Positions 52,189-64,000 of a DNA stretch of 64,000 nt are shown here, in pieces. The stretch is taken from assembly GCF_006345805.1 (NCBI RefSeq), contig NC_043000.1:2294001-2358000 (forward strand), written 5' to 3'. The stretch comes from Octopus sinensis (taxonomy: Eukaryota). The notes below the pieces were generated by a model, which was not told where the DNA came from, did not search any database, and saw nothing but the letters and a program-made list of their open reading frames with translations. Positions within the stretch are counted from its first letter, which is position 1. Each line of letters begins with the position of its first letter. The position numbers and the translations under genes were made by a program.

Positions 52189-52986
52189 TTGTGTTTTTTT
52201 ATATTTCTCGACCAAACACCTTATTTCATCTAGATGTCATGAGGAGTGTGTAACATATCTTGGAAATATTATCTGTGATATCCAGATGGAAATATGTTTC
52301 ACATCTACTAAACACTATAATAAATCATCTGAGAATTTTTTGTCTGTCATAAACTGGTATCTTATCCAGAGGGAAATGTGTTTCATTTCTACTAAACACC
52401 ATAATAGATAATCTAGAGAATCTTATCTCTGATAGCCTGATATGTTATCCAGGAGGAGATTTATCTCTCATCATGCTTTCTTCAGTCTGACACCTTAGTA
52501 CTTTTAGCTATCACAGAAAATTTACATCAGATCATTTGGAAATGTTACTTGCAAAACGCTGGTATAAATTCTTCCATGGGGAGATTATTTTTCTTAACCT
52601 TTAGAAGCTTTCCATGCTTTAATGGCATCTATATTTATATTTCGTTACATATTTATGTCTTAATAACATCAGTAACAATATACACTTAATCAGCAGGTGT
52701 TAGTTCAGACCTTTTTTCTGCATGCTGAGCTGTGCAATGCCTGTAATGTTGGCACTTAACTATCAGTAGCCCGGTAGCTTAACTATCAAGAACCCAGTGG
52801 CTGTAAATAGATACAACAGTACAGTATAGACCACTGTACAGTGTCCATGGCTAACTGTTACCAGTTCAGCCCAATCTGTCTATAGTATAATTAACTTTAC
52901 TGTATACATGGTCAAGATATTTACCTGCCAATAGTCTGATCTTCCCTGATGTATGTAGGCCTCACAGGGTGACTATAATTTACTAT

Positions 52987-53300
52987 TTTTTTTTTTTTAT
53001 GCACCCTTTTCAAGCCTAGCCAAGCTCATGGGCCCAGTTTCCTGGTTTCCGTGGCGTATATGTTCCCCTCAGCTGGACGGGATGCCGGTTCATCGCAGCA
53101 TTACCCAAGAAACAGGAAGAAAGAGTGCGAGAAAGTTGGGGTGAAAGAGTACAACAGTGGTCGCCACCACCCCCTGCTGGAGCCTTGTGGAGCTTTTAGG
53201 TGTTTTCGCTCAATAAACACACAACGTCCGGTCTGGGAATCAAAACCGTGATCCTCCGACCGCGAGTCCGCTGCCCTAACCACTGGGCCATTGCGCCTCC
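52987..53300 (-). mobile_element. SINE family D variant with V-domain-like 3' half and poly(A)
   Basis: Same tRNA head as 1668-1981. TSD ATAATTTACTAT. Tail TGCTGCGATGAACCGGCATCCCGTCCAG..GGAAACCAGGAA. Confidence 0.85.
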
Positions 53301-53572
53301 ATAATTTACTATACTGTATCTATATTCAATCAATACACTTAAAATCAACAGCCCAGACACCTAACTATAAGTACCTCGGTGTAGATAGTTCACTATAATT
53401 GTATTCATAGCCAAGACACTTAACCCTCAGCAGTCCAGTCCACTTGACTGCAAGTAGGTACCACAGTGTGATATTGTTCACCATATTGTATTACAGGCAA
53501 GGACAGTTAAATGCCAAGTCTATTAAGCTAACCTGAGATTCAATAACAATGACCTTTTATATTTGAACATAA

Positions 53573-54194
53573 CCAGCCTTGCCTGGCCCCCGTGCCGGTG
53601 GCACGTAGCACCATCCGTTCGTGGCCATTGCCAGCCTCGCCTGGCCCCCGTGCCGGTGGCACGTAGCACCATCCGTTCGTGGCCGTTGCCAGCCTCGCCT
53701 GGCCCCCGAGCCGGTGGCACGTAGCACCATCCGTTCGTGGCCGTTGCCAGCCTCGCCTGGCCCCCGAGCCGGTGGCACGTAGCACCATCCGTTCGTGGCC
53801 GTTGCCAGCCTCGTCTGGCCCCCGTGCCGGTGGCACGTAGCACCATCCGTTCGTGGCCGTTGCCAGCCTCGCCTGGCCCCCATGCTGGTGGCACATAGCA
53901 CCATCCATTCGTGGCCGTTGCCAGTCTCGCCTGGCCCCCGTGCCGGTGGCACGTAAAAGCACCATCCATTCGTGGCCGTTTGCCAGCTCCGTTTGGCACC
54001 TGTGCGGGTGGGACGTAAAAAGCACCCACTACACTCACGGAGTGGTTGGCGTTAGGAAGGGCATCCATGCGTAGAAACACTGCCAGATCAGACTGGGCCT
54101 GGTGCAGCCTTCTGGCTTCACAGACCCCAGTTGAACCGTCCAACCCATGCTAGCATGGAAAGCGGACGCTAAACGATGATGATGATGATGATGA
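53573..54194 (+). mobile_element. Family C repeat with an expanded 58-bp tandem array (7 units)
   Basis: GYCTGGCCCCC at 53581, 53639, 53697, 53755, 53813, 53871 and 53929. Confidence 0.92.
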
Positions 54195-54765
54195 TTGAAC
54201 CAGAGGAATAGTTGTGTTGTAGCTAGCATCCCTTTAAATTCCAATTTTGGTAGAAGCGTTATGGAGACCAATATCCCAGTGGCAGTCTATGTGTGTGGCT
54301 TTTGGGAGCTATGGGATGTTGGAGGACTTTAGGATGTATGTATGACAATCATGAGAAGGAAATTATAACAGCTCTGTAGCTGTATCGTAAGAAGCCAAAG
54401 AAAAGAAATCAACAGGAAAACGTGACAAAGTTTGGTGCCACGCAGCCACCTGCGATCATTCTGTTATTTCATTTGTTCATAATTTGTGCACGCGCTCGTG
54501 CTCACACACACACAGCAAGAAACTTTCATGTATTCCCAATTTATATTCATGTTTGTTATTCTATTATAATTACTGGTATCCTTATATATTACTGTATCTT
54601 ATATCTTATATCTATAGCATAAAATGTTATATGTATGTATATTATTGTAATTATCAGTTTAGTAAATAAATAAATAAGTTAACATAATATAATGTCTTAA
54701 AGTTGATGAACCAGCTATTGATCCCCTCCATTTTCTTATTGCTATATATACATATATATACATAC

Positions 54766-54820
<55 letters not shown>

Positions 54821-55211
54821 CTCGTCCGGCTTAACAGCCCTTCTTGTTTGTGTTACTGTTATTCTCCGTGTCCTGTATTTTACTGTTTATATTTTGTACT
54901 GTCGTTACTGTCCTGTTTTTGTTACCATTTTTACCCCTCAGCAAAAAAATCTCAAATTTTATTTAATTTGATTTTCGCGGGAAGGAAAGTTTCATTAAAG
55001 TCATGTATCGCCTTGACCTTCGAAACGTGAAGTAGATGAAACAAAGGCGACTGAAGAAGGGGAATTTTCCTTGTATTGTATGTCCTGTACTCTATTTTTT
55101 CGTTGTTTAAGAAAAATGTCCAGTTCCTTGGTTTTGTGTTTATGTTTTCGTTTCTCATTGTGTTTGATGTTTTTTTGGTGTCCTGTACACATATATGCAT
55201 GTATATATACA

Positions 55212-55597
55212 CTAGCAGTATCACCCGGCGTTGCTCAGGTTTGTAAGGGAAATAACTATAAAGCATTTTTAGAGAGTTATAGCCAAAATATAGCAAAAAA
55301 ATGGAAAAAAAATGATGGTAAATTTTTTTTGAGAGTTAAAAAAGGTGGAGTTGCGTCCCCTAGACGGTCTGTGGTTTGGGTTTCTGATTCTTGACCCCAT
55401 GTTGAATTTATCGATTTTTTTTCTGAACTGGGGGAACTTTTCAAAATTTTCGCTGCGTTAGTTTTGAATTATGACATTGGGCTATGTGTGTGTCAAGTTT
55501 CATCAGAATCGGTTGAAAGCCGTGGTCAGGGTGAGGGTACAACCTAACAGACACACAGACACGCAGACAGACAAACTGCCGTTTATATAGAGAGAGA
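55212..55597 (-). mobile_element. Non-autonomous Helitron, second subfamily
   Basis: Minus strand A|TCTCTCTCTATATAAAC..GAGCAACGCCGGGTGATACTGCTAG|T. Confidence 0.85.
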
Positions 55598-57749
55598 TGT
55601 TGAGGTAGGTACGTACATATATGTATGTATATATGCATATGTTTTATTTATTTATTTATTAAATTATGATATATATATATATATAATTAGCCAGATCCTG
55701 TCAAACTTAGCTCGTGCCAGCATGGAAACTGTTAAATGATGATGATATTGGTGATGGTATTAATGTTGTATATATTACATATTTGTCTGTGAATGCCTCT
55801 TTCTCACGGAAGCATGCATGAACACACACACTCACAAATACACACGTATGTGCATCTTCTAACACACACACACTGCTGCATCAACCCCCTAGAAATGCCA
55901 CTTGTTAATTCAGACTAGCAGATGGGGCAGATGATATAAAGGGACAGTAGATGTGTATGGGTGAGTGGGGTGTGTACCATACCGCCCCCTGCTCCCACTT
56001 CTTCAACATACAAATAAAGTCGAGGTGGTGGGGTATAGAGACAGTGGGGCAGGGGACAACATGATGCCATGATGCCCATAGGGAGATAGAAGAGTAGTTT
56101 GACAGAAAAATCAATGTGTAGCCCATGGTGGGAAGGCTGGCAGTGGGATGGTAGTTGATGATTTGATGATGGTGTAGCATTTCTGGAGGAAAAGTATGTA
56201 ACTGTAGTAGTAATAGTAGTATTGGTGGTGGTAGTGTTGAGGTGTCAGTTGTTTAGCCCCGGGTCAGCCTGGATGAAAGGCATTCCATCCATGACCATCT
56301 TGATTTTTTTCTATATTCAGTGAATTTTGTACCATATTATCCAGCATATCATTTCCTAAGACAGTAGAGTTTGATTCAAGGGAATCTAGCTGCTATTTTT
56401 AGCAGATCAAGTGGTCACATAGATGGCCCCTTGGAGTATAATAGTGCGGTTGCCATGCTGTAGAGATGGTGTGAGAGCCGGCATGGAATTGATGAGATTG
56501 TGTTGGGGGGGGGGTGATCTTGGTGCTAGTGGTGGTGGTGGTGGTGTTGCCGACAATGATGATGATGATGATGGGGTGGGGGGGATGGGGATTTTGGTGT
56601 TGTAGTGGTGGTGGTGGTGGTGGTGGTGGCATATTGGTGATTCATTGTGGTCCTGTCTGATAAAACCTGTTTATTGTTCCAACTTCACTGTTATTTACAA
56701 CACTCACCTACAACAACAGCAACAACAACAACAACAACAACAGCAAAACTGCAGAGGAGACGTCGGGGGGGGGGATACTTTATTTGGTCACACATCATGT
56801 TAGAAATGGAAGCCAAATATCTCTTCACCTTCGCCATAAACCCCCCCCCCCCCTGGCACAAGAGTCAAGAACACATTGGAATAATGTAGTCTTAATTTAT
56901 ACCATGTTTGAAAATAAGAGGAGGTGAAGGGAGGGAGGGAGGTAGGACATCATGACTGGAATACCCCCCCCGCCCCCCCGCCCCCACGATCATAAGGTCT
57001 GTTATGTCTCAGAGTTGACCTGGGGTTAAACTTCTGGACTATAAAAAAGTACTTGGTACTATTATCTAAATGCCATCATCATCATCATGGTCATCATCAA
57101 TATCGCTGTCTGTCTGTCTGTACTCTGCAATCACCTGAACTACCATCATTACAACAGACACAATTATCACACACCCACCCACCCCGCTCTCCTCCTTTTT
57201 CCTCCCCTCCTCCCCTCGTTCTCTGCTCCTTCCACTCTTCTTTGCACTCCTTTACCCTATTGTCATCATTATCATCATCATCATCACCATCATCACCAGT
57301 ACCATTATCATCATTCTTATCATCTTCATCACTTCTACTATCAACATAATTATCATTATTATAACCATTATAATTACTACAACTGCCACCACCATCACCA
57401 CCACCACCACCACCACCACCACCACCACCACCGCAGAAAACAACAATAATGAGCCCAGCAGGCATTTACAGAGCCACTTGGTGTGCTAGAAATAACAGCC
57501 AGATTCCCCTGAGTCAAAACACTAACATATCAAAACAGGAAGTGGGGGAGAATTTGACAATAGCAAAGAGTAGGGAATGTCTTTGCATGTGTTTGCTTTG
57601 ACCTTGGATGAAGATGAACCACTAAGCTAACTTTGGTAGGATTTGAACTCAGAATGTTATTAACCAGAGCAGATACCACAAGGCATTTTTTCCAGATGCT
57701 CTACTGGTTCAGCCAGTTCACTGCCTTGCTATATCCATATAATAATACC

Positions 57750-57980
57750 TATTTCTTTATTACCCACAAGGGGCTAAACATAGAGGAGACAAACAAGGAC
57801 AGACATAGGTATTAAGTCGATTATATCTACCCCAGTGCTTAACTGGTACTTAATTTATCGACCCCGAAAGGATGAAAGGCAAAGTCGACCTTGGCGGAAT
57901 TTGAACTCACAACGTAACGGCAGCCGAAATACCGCTAAGCATTTCGCCCGACGTGCTAACGATTCTGCTAGCTCGCCGCC
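57750..57980 (-). mobile_element. SINE family B
   Basis: TSD TATATCCATATAATAATACC at about 57730 and 57987. Confidence 0.92.
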
Positions 57981-58117
57981 TTTCTTATATCCATATAATA
58001 ATACCATTATACCATTTACTACACTGTTACCTCATGGTACTATTATACTATTATCTTCACCAATTATGTAACAACTGCCGCCATCACCACCTCTAGCAAC
58101 ATCAACCGCCACCATCA

Positions 58118-58164
<47 letters not shown>

Positions 58165-58251
58165 ATAAATTTCTCTATAAATAGATAAATTTCCTCTATT
58201 TACATAATATTGAGGTCTCTTTCTTTCTTTTGTTATCTTACCGTTTTATCA

Positions 58252-58287
<36 letters not shown>

Positions 58288-58499
58288 ATGTGGTGGTGGC
58301 GGTGGGGTGTATACCATTATACTGGCTTCAACCATCAGTATTTTCTGATCTCAACCGGTTTGTATGAAGTTGTATGGAAATAGGTGTGAGGTGATTGGGG
58401 AGGAGGCCCTGAAAGTAAAGGAGAATAAAAGAAGCAGGTTTTATGAGGTGAGTCTAGGTAGGAAAGGAGTCGGAACAGTCCATGGTTGATGCTTTCTCT

Positions 58500-59256
58500 A
58501 CCACCACCACCACCACCAGATGATTTGTGATCTCCCACCCCTCTCCATTTCCTCCTTGGGTCTACTCCCCTTCACTCCCACCACCACCAGCATCAACACA
58601 CCACCCTACCACCACCACCACCACCAGATGATTTGTGATCTCCCACCCCTCTCCATTTCCTCCTTGGGTCTACTCCCCTTCACCACCACCACCACCAGCA
58701 TCAACACCCCACCCCACCACCACCACCACCACCACCAGATGATTTGTGATCTCCCACCCCTCTCCATTTCCTCCTTGGGTCTACTCCCCTTCACTCCCAC
58801 CACCACCACCAGATGATTTGTGATCTCCCACCCCTCTCCATTTCCTCCTTGGGTCTACTCCCCTTCACTCCCACCACCACCGGCATCAACACACCACCCT
58901 ACCACCACCACCACCACCAGATGATTTGTGATCTCCCACCCCTCTCCATTTCCTCCTTGGGTCTACTCCCCTTCACTCCCACCACCACCAGCATCAACAC
59001 ACCACCCCACCACCACCACCACCACCACCAGATGATTTGTGATCTCCCACCCCTCTCCATTTCCTCCTTGGGTCTACTCCCCTTCACTCCCACCACCACC
59101 AGCATCAACACACCACCCCACCACCACCACCACCACCAGATGATTTGTGATCTCCCACCCCTCTCCATTTCCTCCTTGGGTCTACTCCCCTTCACTCCCA
59201 CCACCACCAGCATCAACACACCACCCCACCACCACCACCACCACCACCACCACCAG
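58500..59256. repeat. Minisatellite, 7 units of 108-111 bp (one of 74 bp) with variable (CAC)n
   Basis: ATGATTTGTGATCTCCC at 58520, 58628, 58739, 58813, 58921, 59032 and 59140. Confidence 0.95.
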
Positions 59257-59940
59257 CATCGGCACACCAACACCACCCCCATCATCATCACTGCTGCATC
59301 ATTGCCACCACCACAATCACCATCACCACCATCACCACCACCATCGCCAATACCATCATCGCCAACACCATCGCCGCCAACACCACCATTGCTAACACCA
59401 TCACCACTGGCTGACAATGAAATCAATACTGGTCCCCACTCACCTATTCCTATCTCCACGTAAACCAGCCATTAATTAATTCCTTCCTCCACCTTCCCCA
59501 CCACCCACACCCTTGTTTAAAAAAAAAAATCCAGCATTCAAATATGGCTGACTCTCCCCCCCACCGGAAAATTTTCTCTCCCCCACCTCCCCACTTGCCA
59601 GGAAAGCAAAGAATATAAATTATTGTAAATTAACTGAGAGAGATGAGTCATTAAGTGAACTTTGCTAATTAGGTGGGCTTTCATTTGTGGACTATAGTGT
59701 TGAACAAGGATTTTCACTTGTTGGGCCATCATAACACTCTAAACAAGCTTCATTAACAACACTCCTTAGCTTCTGACAAAATGTATTGCAGTCGTTCTCT
59801 CCCTCCCACCCTCTCTCTCTCCCTTTCTCTCTCTCTCTCACTCCCCCCCCACATGTTTTGAAGTTGTACTTGTTTAGCAAGTGACTTGATGTAAGACAAT
59901 GTTTTGAAACTGATGCAATTGCAATATATATATATATATA

Positions 59941-60342
59941 GGTGCAGGAGTGGCTGTGTGGTAAGTAGCTTGCTTACCAACCACATGGTTCCGGATTCAG
60001 TCCCACTGCGTGGCACCTTGGGCAAGTGTCTTCTACTATAGCCTCGGGCCAACCAAAGCCTTGTGAGTGGATTTGGTAGACGGAAACTGAAAGAAGCCTG
60101 TCGTATATATGTATATATATATATATGTGTGTGTGTATGTTTGTGAGTCTGTGTTTGTCCCCCTAGCATTGCTTGACAACTGATGGTGGTGTGTTTACGT
60201 CCCTGTAACTTAGCGATTCGGCAAAAGAGACCGATAGAATAAGTACTGGGCTTACAAAGAATAAGTCCTGGGGTCGATTTGCTTGACTAAAGGCGGTGCT
60301 CCAGCGTGGCCGCAGTCAAATGACTGAAACAAGTAAAAGAGT
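59941..60342 (+). mobile_element. SINE family A
   Basis: Full length. Confidence 0.92.
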
Positions 60343-60542
60343 ATATATATATATATATATATAAATAATAAATATTAGGGAATAAATCCAAATTTACAGG
60401 GAAAAAATCAGATTTAGGATTAAATCCAATTTTATAGTAAAATATTATAAAATATTATTAGAGACAAAACCACTATTTTGCAAAACAAACAAGGAAAGAC
60501 TTAATCTATACATAAAATTTTAATAAATAGTCAAAAAAACCG

Positions 60543-60585
60543 CCACTACAATTGTTTCTTGTCTTGATCGACAATCTTCAGGTGG
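60543..60585 (-). ncRNA. Type I hammerhead ribozyme motif, canonical core
   Basis: Minus strand CCAC-CTGAAGA-TTGTC(gatcaa)GACAA-GAA-ACAATTGT-A-GTGG. All three stems pair perfectly; GUA cleavage triplet. Confidence 0.8.
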
Positions 60586-60967
60586 ACTTCCAATCTAAAA
60601 TATCAATATTTTAAAATATAAAAATAATAATTTTAAAATAATTAAAGTATGAATGAAAAAATATAAATATATAATCCATATATAACCTATATATAATCCA
60701 TATATAATCAATATATAAACAATATATAAACTAAAATAAACCTATCAACAATTAAATATAAAATATAAAATATAAAATATAAAATATAAAATATAAAATA
60801 TAAAACAAAACAAAAAAATAATAATAATATAATAATAAACTATATATACACCCATACACATATACCTAATTATATATAACCATATCTAACTACATACACT
60901 AAATCACACCCCTATATATATATCCCTATACATACACATAAAAAAAATAAGTATATATATATATACA

Positions 60968-61342
60968 CTAGCAGTATCGCCCGGCGTTGCTCGGGTTTGT
61001 TTCGATCCTTTAGAATTGGAATTTTTGAAAAGTAAAAATTTTGCATTATTATGTAGCTTGTTATTCTCTTTAAGTGAACATTTTTCTGGTTGAAATACAC
61101 CGAAAAATGGCGACACAGCAGTCAAAAAATCATAAAAAATAGGGATTTTCATAGAAAATAAGAACCTTTTTGATGTAAATAATTTTTGGTGTTAACATGG
61201 TCCAATTTGAATTTTATCTTCTACGGAATGAAGAGCAAGCCTTCTTCTATCATACTCTCAATTTTGGTCAACTTGCACCGCAGGGTCTCGGAGGAGATAG
61301 TGTTAGTTGAAGGCTACCAAACCTGCCACACACGGACAACTT
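60968..61342 (-). mobile_element. Non-autonomous Helitron, same family as 39274-39671, 5' end lost
   Basis: Reverse complement of about 39295-39671, ending CCCGAGCAACGCCGGGCGATACTGCTAG|T. Confidence 0.88.
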
Positions 61343-62230
61343 ACACACACATACATACACACACACACAGTAATTGCATCAGTTTCAACACATGGTCTTT
61401 ATACATAGGCACAGGCATAATGGTGTGGTTAAGAAATGCACTTAGCAAACATTTGGTTTTGGGTTCAGTCCCGCTGTGCAGCCATTGGGCAAGTATCTTC
61501 TACTATAGTCCTGGGCCAACTCTTGTTTATGGAAAATGTAATCAATGCATTAAAATGTGTAATATACACTCAAGTCTGTGTACAGGATGTGGGAAGATTT
61601 CTTTGGTTACTTTTTTTCTCTGAAAATATGTGCATTTTATATGCCATCAAATATGCTAATTACTAAATATAAAATTCATTAAATTCCTTGATGACAGTTG
61701 GCAATAGGAGGATACATGTTCAAGGACTGGCTTTGATTTTAAGCATTGGACTTGTTTCTTTTAAAAACCAAATAAGCTTGGAATTGCTTGTTGAATTTTT
61801 TTTCTGGATTGTTGAGTAATAAAAGTGTTCCTAAAAAGCAAGTCTTGAAGCCTGCGTTTATCAAACTATTGTTAGCCTTTAGAATATTATCTAGTTGCAC
61901 CTTAGTGCAATACACTTAGATTTTTAAATGACAGTTACCCTTAAGAGGGCAGTTATTTGATGCAATGTAGAAGAAGAGACTATATTGTTATTGAAAAGGA
62001 TTTTGGAATTGACTGATTAACAGAGCTCACACAATTTTTACTGCAGAAACAGTTTACTTTAGACAAATTCCTGTTTAATGTCATTATATTGATGATTCTT
62101 CAGAAAATGAAAAGGAATTAGATTTAAGAAACCTTTGGCAACATTTGATTACATTTAAACAGAAAACTGGATTATATTGATATAATATAATCTAGTTAGA
62201 TTGCTATAATCTAGTTTTATTGATATAATA

Positions 62231-63501
62231 TAATCTGGTGTCAAAAAGATCCCAGACTGATTCTGTAGTGCACCAACAGATGGCTGCAAATGGTTGCGTG
62301 CACATTGAGAGCTAGCTTGATCTTCATGAAGCAGTGTGCTGAGTGACATTGCTGTATTTACTTCACAAGTTGTGAAAACTTGTGCTTGTGTGATCATGTG
62401 TATGCTGTAGTTTGTGATTTTTGTCATGGACAGGAAGAAAGAGTGTTAAACTTGGGAAGTCTGTTACAAAGACATTGAGCATGCTTCAGCAAGCTTACAG
62501 CAATGAGGCAATGAGCTATACCCAATGTTTCAAGTGGCAGAAGAACATCCCTGGAAGACAATGAGTGATCTGGGAGACCTGCAATGAGTGTCACCTCTAG
62601 AAATGTAGAAGATGGCAAGCTGGCAGAAACATTAGCATGCCAGACGAAATGCTTAGCGGTATTTCGTCTGCCGCTATGTTCTGGGTTCAAATTCTGCCAA
62701 GGTCAACTTTACCTTTCATCCTTTCAGGGTCGATTAAATAAGTACCAGTTATGCACTGGGGTCGGTAAATTGACTTAATCCGTTTGTCTGTCCTTGTTTG
62801 TCCCCTCTGTGTTTAGCCCCTTGTGGGTAGTAAAGAAATAGGTATTTTGTCTGCCGCTACGTTCTGAGTTCAAATTCTGCTGAGGTTGACTTTGCCTTTC
62901 ATCCTTTCAGGGTCGATTAAATAAGTACCAGTTATGCACTGGGGTCGATAAATTGACTTAATCCATTTGTCTGTCCTTGTTTGTCCCCTCTGTGTGTAGC
63001 TCCTTGTGGGCAGTAAAGAAATAAGAAATGTGAAGAATATTCATCAGCTTGTGCATGTGGATCATTGGAGGACAACTAATGACATTGCTGATGTTGTTGG
63101 TCTGTCATATGGGTCTGTGCAGGCAATCCCAATGTCTGGATTCTTCACACTGACAATGCACCCGGTCACCAAGCTCTCTTGCTTGTGAGTTTCTAACCAA
63201 AAACAACATGGTATCACTTCTGCACCCACCCTATTCACCACATTTAGCATCTGTGGACTTCCATCTCTTCCTCATGATGAAAATGCAGCTCAAAGATCAC
63301 CATTTTAACACCATTGTCAAGATCAAGAGCTAATCACAGAAGGTCCTCAACTTGCTTATGGAAAATGACTTCCAGGCTGGATTCCAAAAGTGGCAGGAAC
63401 AACTAGGACCGTGCTGCAAAGAGATGATGTTAAAATTTAGGTACATAAGTTAATTTTTATTAAACATAACTAGTTTGGAAACTCTTTGATTGCACCATGT
63501 A
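62231..63501 (+). mobile_element. Decayed, internally deleted mariner (Tc1/mariner) transposon
   Basis: Frameshifted ILHTDNAPGH and LLHPPYSPHLASVDFHLF (compare HDNA and YSPDLAP.D motifs). Degenerate TIRs ending at TA. Confidence 0.85.
62611..63023 (+). mobile_element. SINE family B, dimeric copy nested in the mariner
   Basis: Monomer plus headless monomer from 62841. TSD approximately AGAAATGT(A)GAAGA. Confidence 0.9.
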
Positions 63502-64000
63502 TTTTGGTCTTGCAAACATTAAAATAGATTGTATTTTAACTGTAAAGTCACTATTGCATAGGATTTCATTATAATAACAAGAATGATTACTGAATACAGC
63601 CTCTCTTGAAGATAATGAGGATACACATTTACTGATATTAGGGATTAAGTTTCATTGACTATTGGTGGGTGATTGGATTTCTTATTAATATAAAATAATC
63701 TTTCATTAGAATGTTAGTAAGGACAAAATTTACTCATTTCAAAATTTCAGGTAATTTAAAATTCATAAGCCTATTGTGCCAAATAATTTTATGTCCACTG
63801 CCCCCCCCCCCCAGCACCACCACCTAAATCTTTCTCATTCATGACTGTTCATAATGTACAAAACTAAAAGCTCTATATAGATCTCCTCACAAGGTGGGAA
63901 ATGTTTTCTGTAGAAGATCCAATATATAGATCCTAGTAATTTCATTTTATCCCATTGTATGGTTCTATGGAAACATCAAAACAATTTATCTCTCACCTTT

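Noticed and set aside
52279-52460. 84-bp periodic repeat suggesting C2H2 zinc fingers
   Set aside because: No C-x2-C..H-x3-H or TGEKP pattern in the frames I read.
53523-54143. Overlapping 131-206-aa ORFs
   Set aside because: All three minus frames are open because of a GC-rich 58-bp repeat.
54990-55065. CGAAACGTG and CTGAAGA motifs in a TA-flanked element
   Set aside because: The order is permuted and I could not close consistent stems. It may be a related remnant but is not supportable.
58813-59463. 216-aa His/Pro-rich ORF
   Set aside because: It is a translation of the minisatellite, and the 74-bp unit breaks frame upstream.

Overview
AT-rich, repeat-dense eukaryotic DNA, probably intronic or intergenic. 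I could not support any intact host protein-coding gene. The mix of tRNA-headed SINEs, (TA)n/(CA)n/(GAT)n microsatellites and LINE remnants resembles an octopus (coleoid cephalopod) genome; this is an inference, not a database match. Contents: four or five SINE families, 5'-truncated RTE, CR1 and R4/Dong LINE ends, a decayed mariner, three non-autonomous Helitrons, hAT and piggyBac MITEs, and a 16 x 127-bp satellite derived from a SINE. The main unexplained signal is about a dozen minimal type-I hammerhead-ribozyme motifs read by eye, mostly with palindromic stem III. They lie in short non-coding elements, most next to (TA)n or other AT-rich simple repeats, and many form fold-back inverted repeats whose inversion point is at or beside the ribozyme. 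Some cores have compensatory swaps of the catalytic 3-8 pair (G3-C8, U3-A8). This fits a diverse set of non-autonomous Penelope-like or retrozyme-type elements. Family labels A-E are my own working names, and repeat boundaries are approximate to a few bases.
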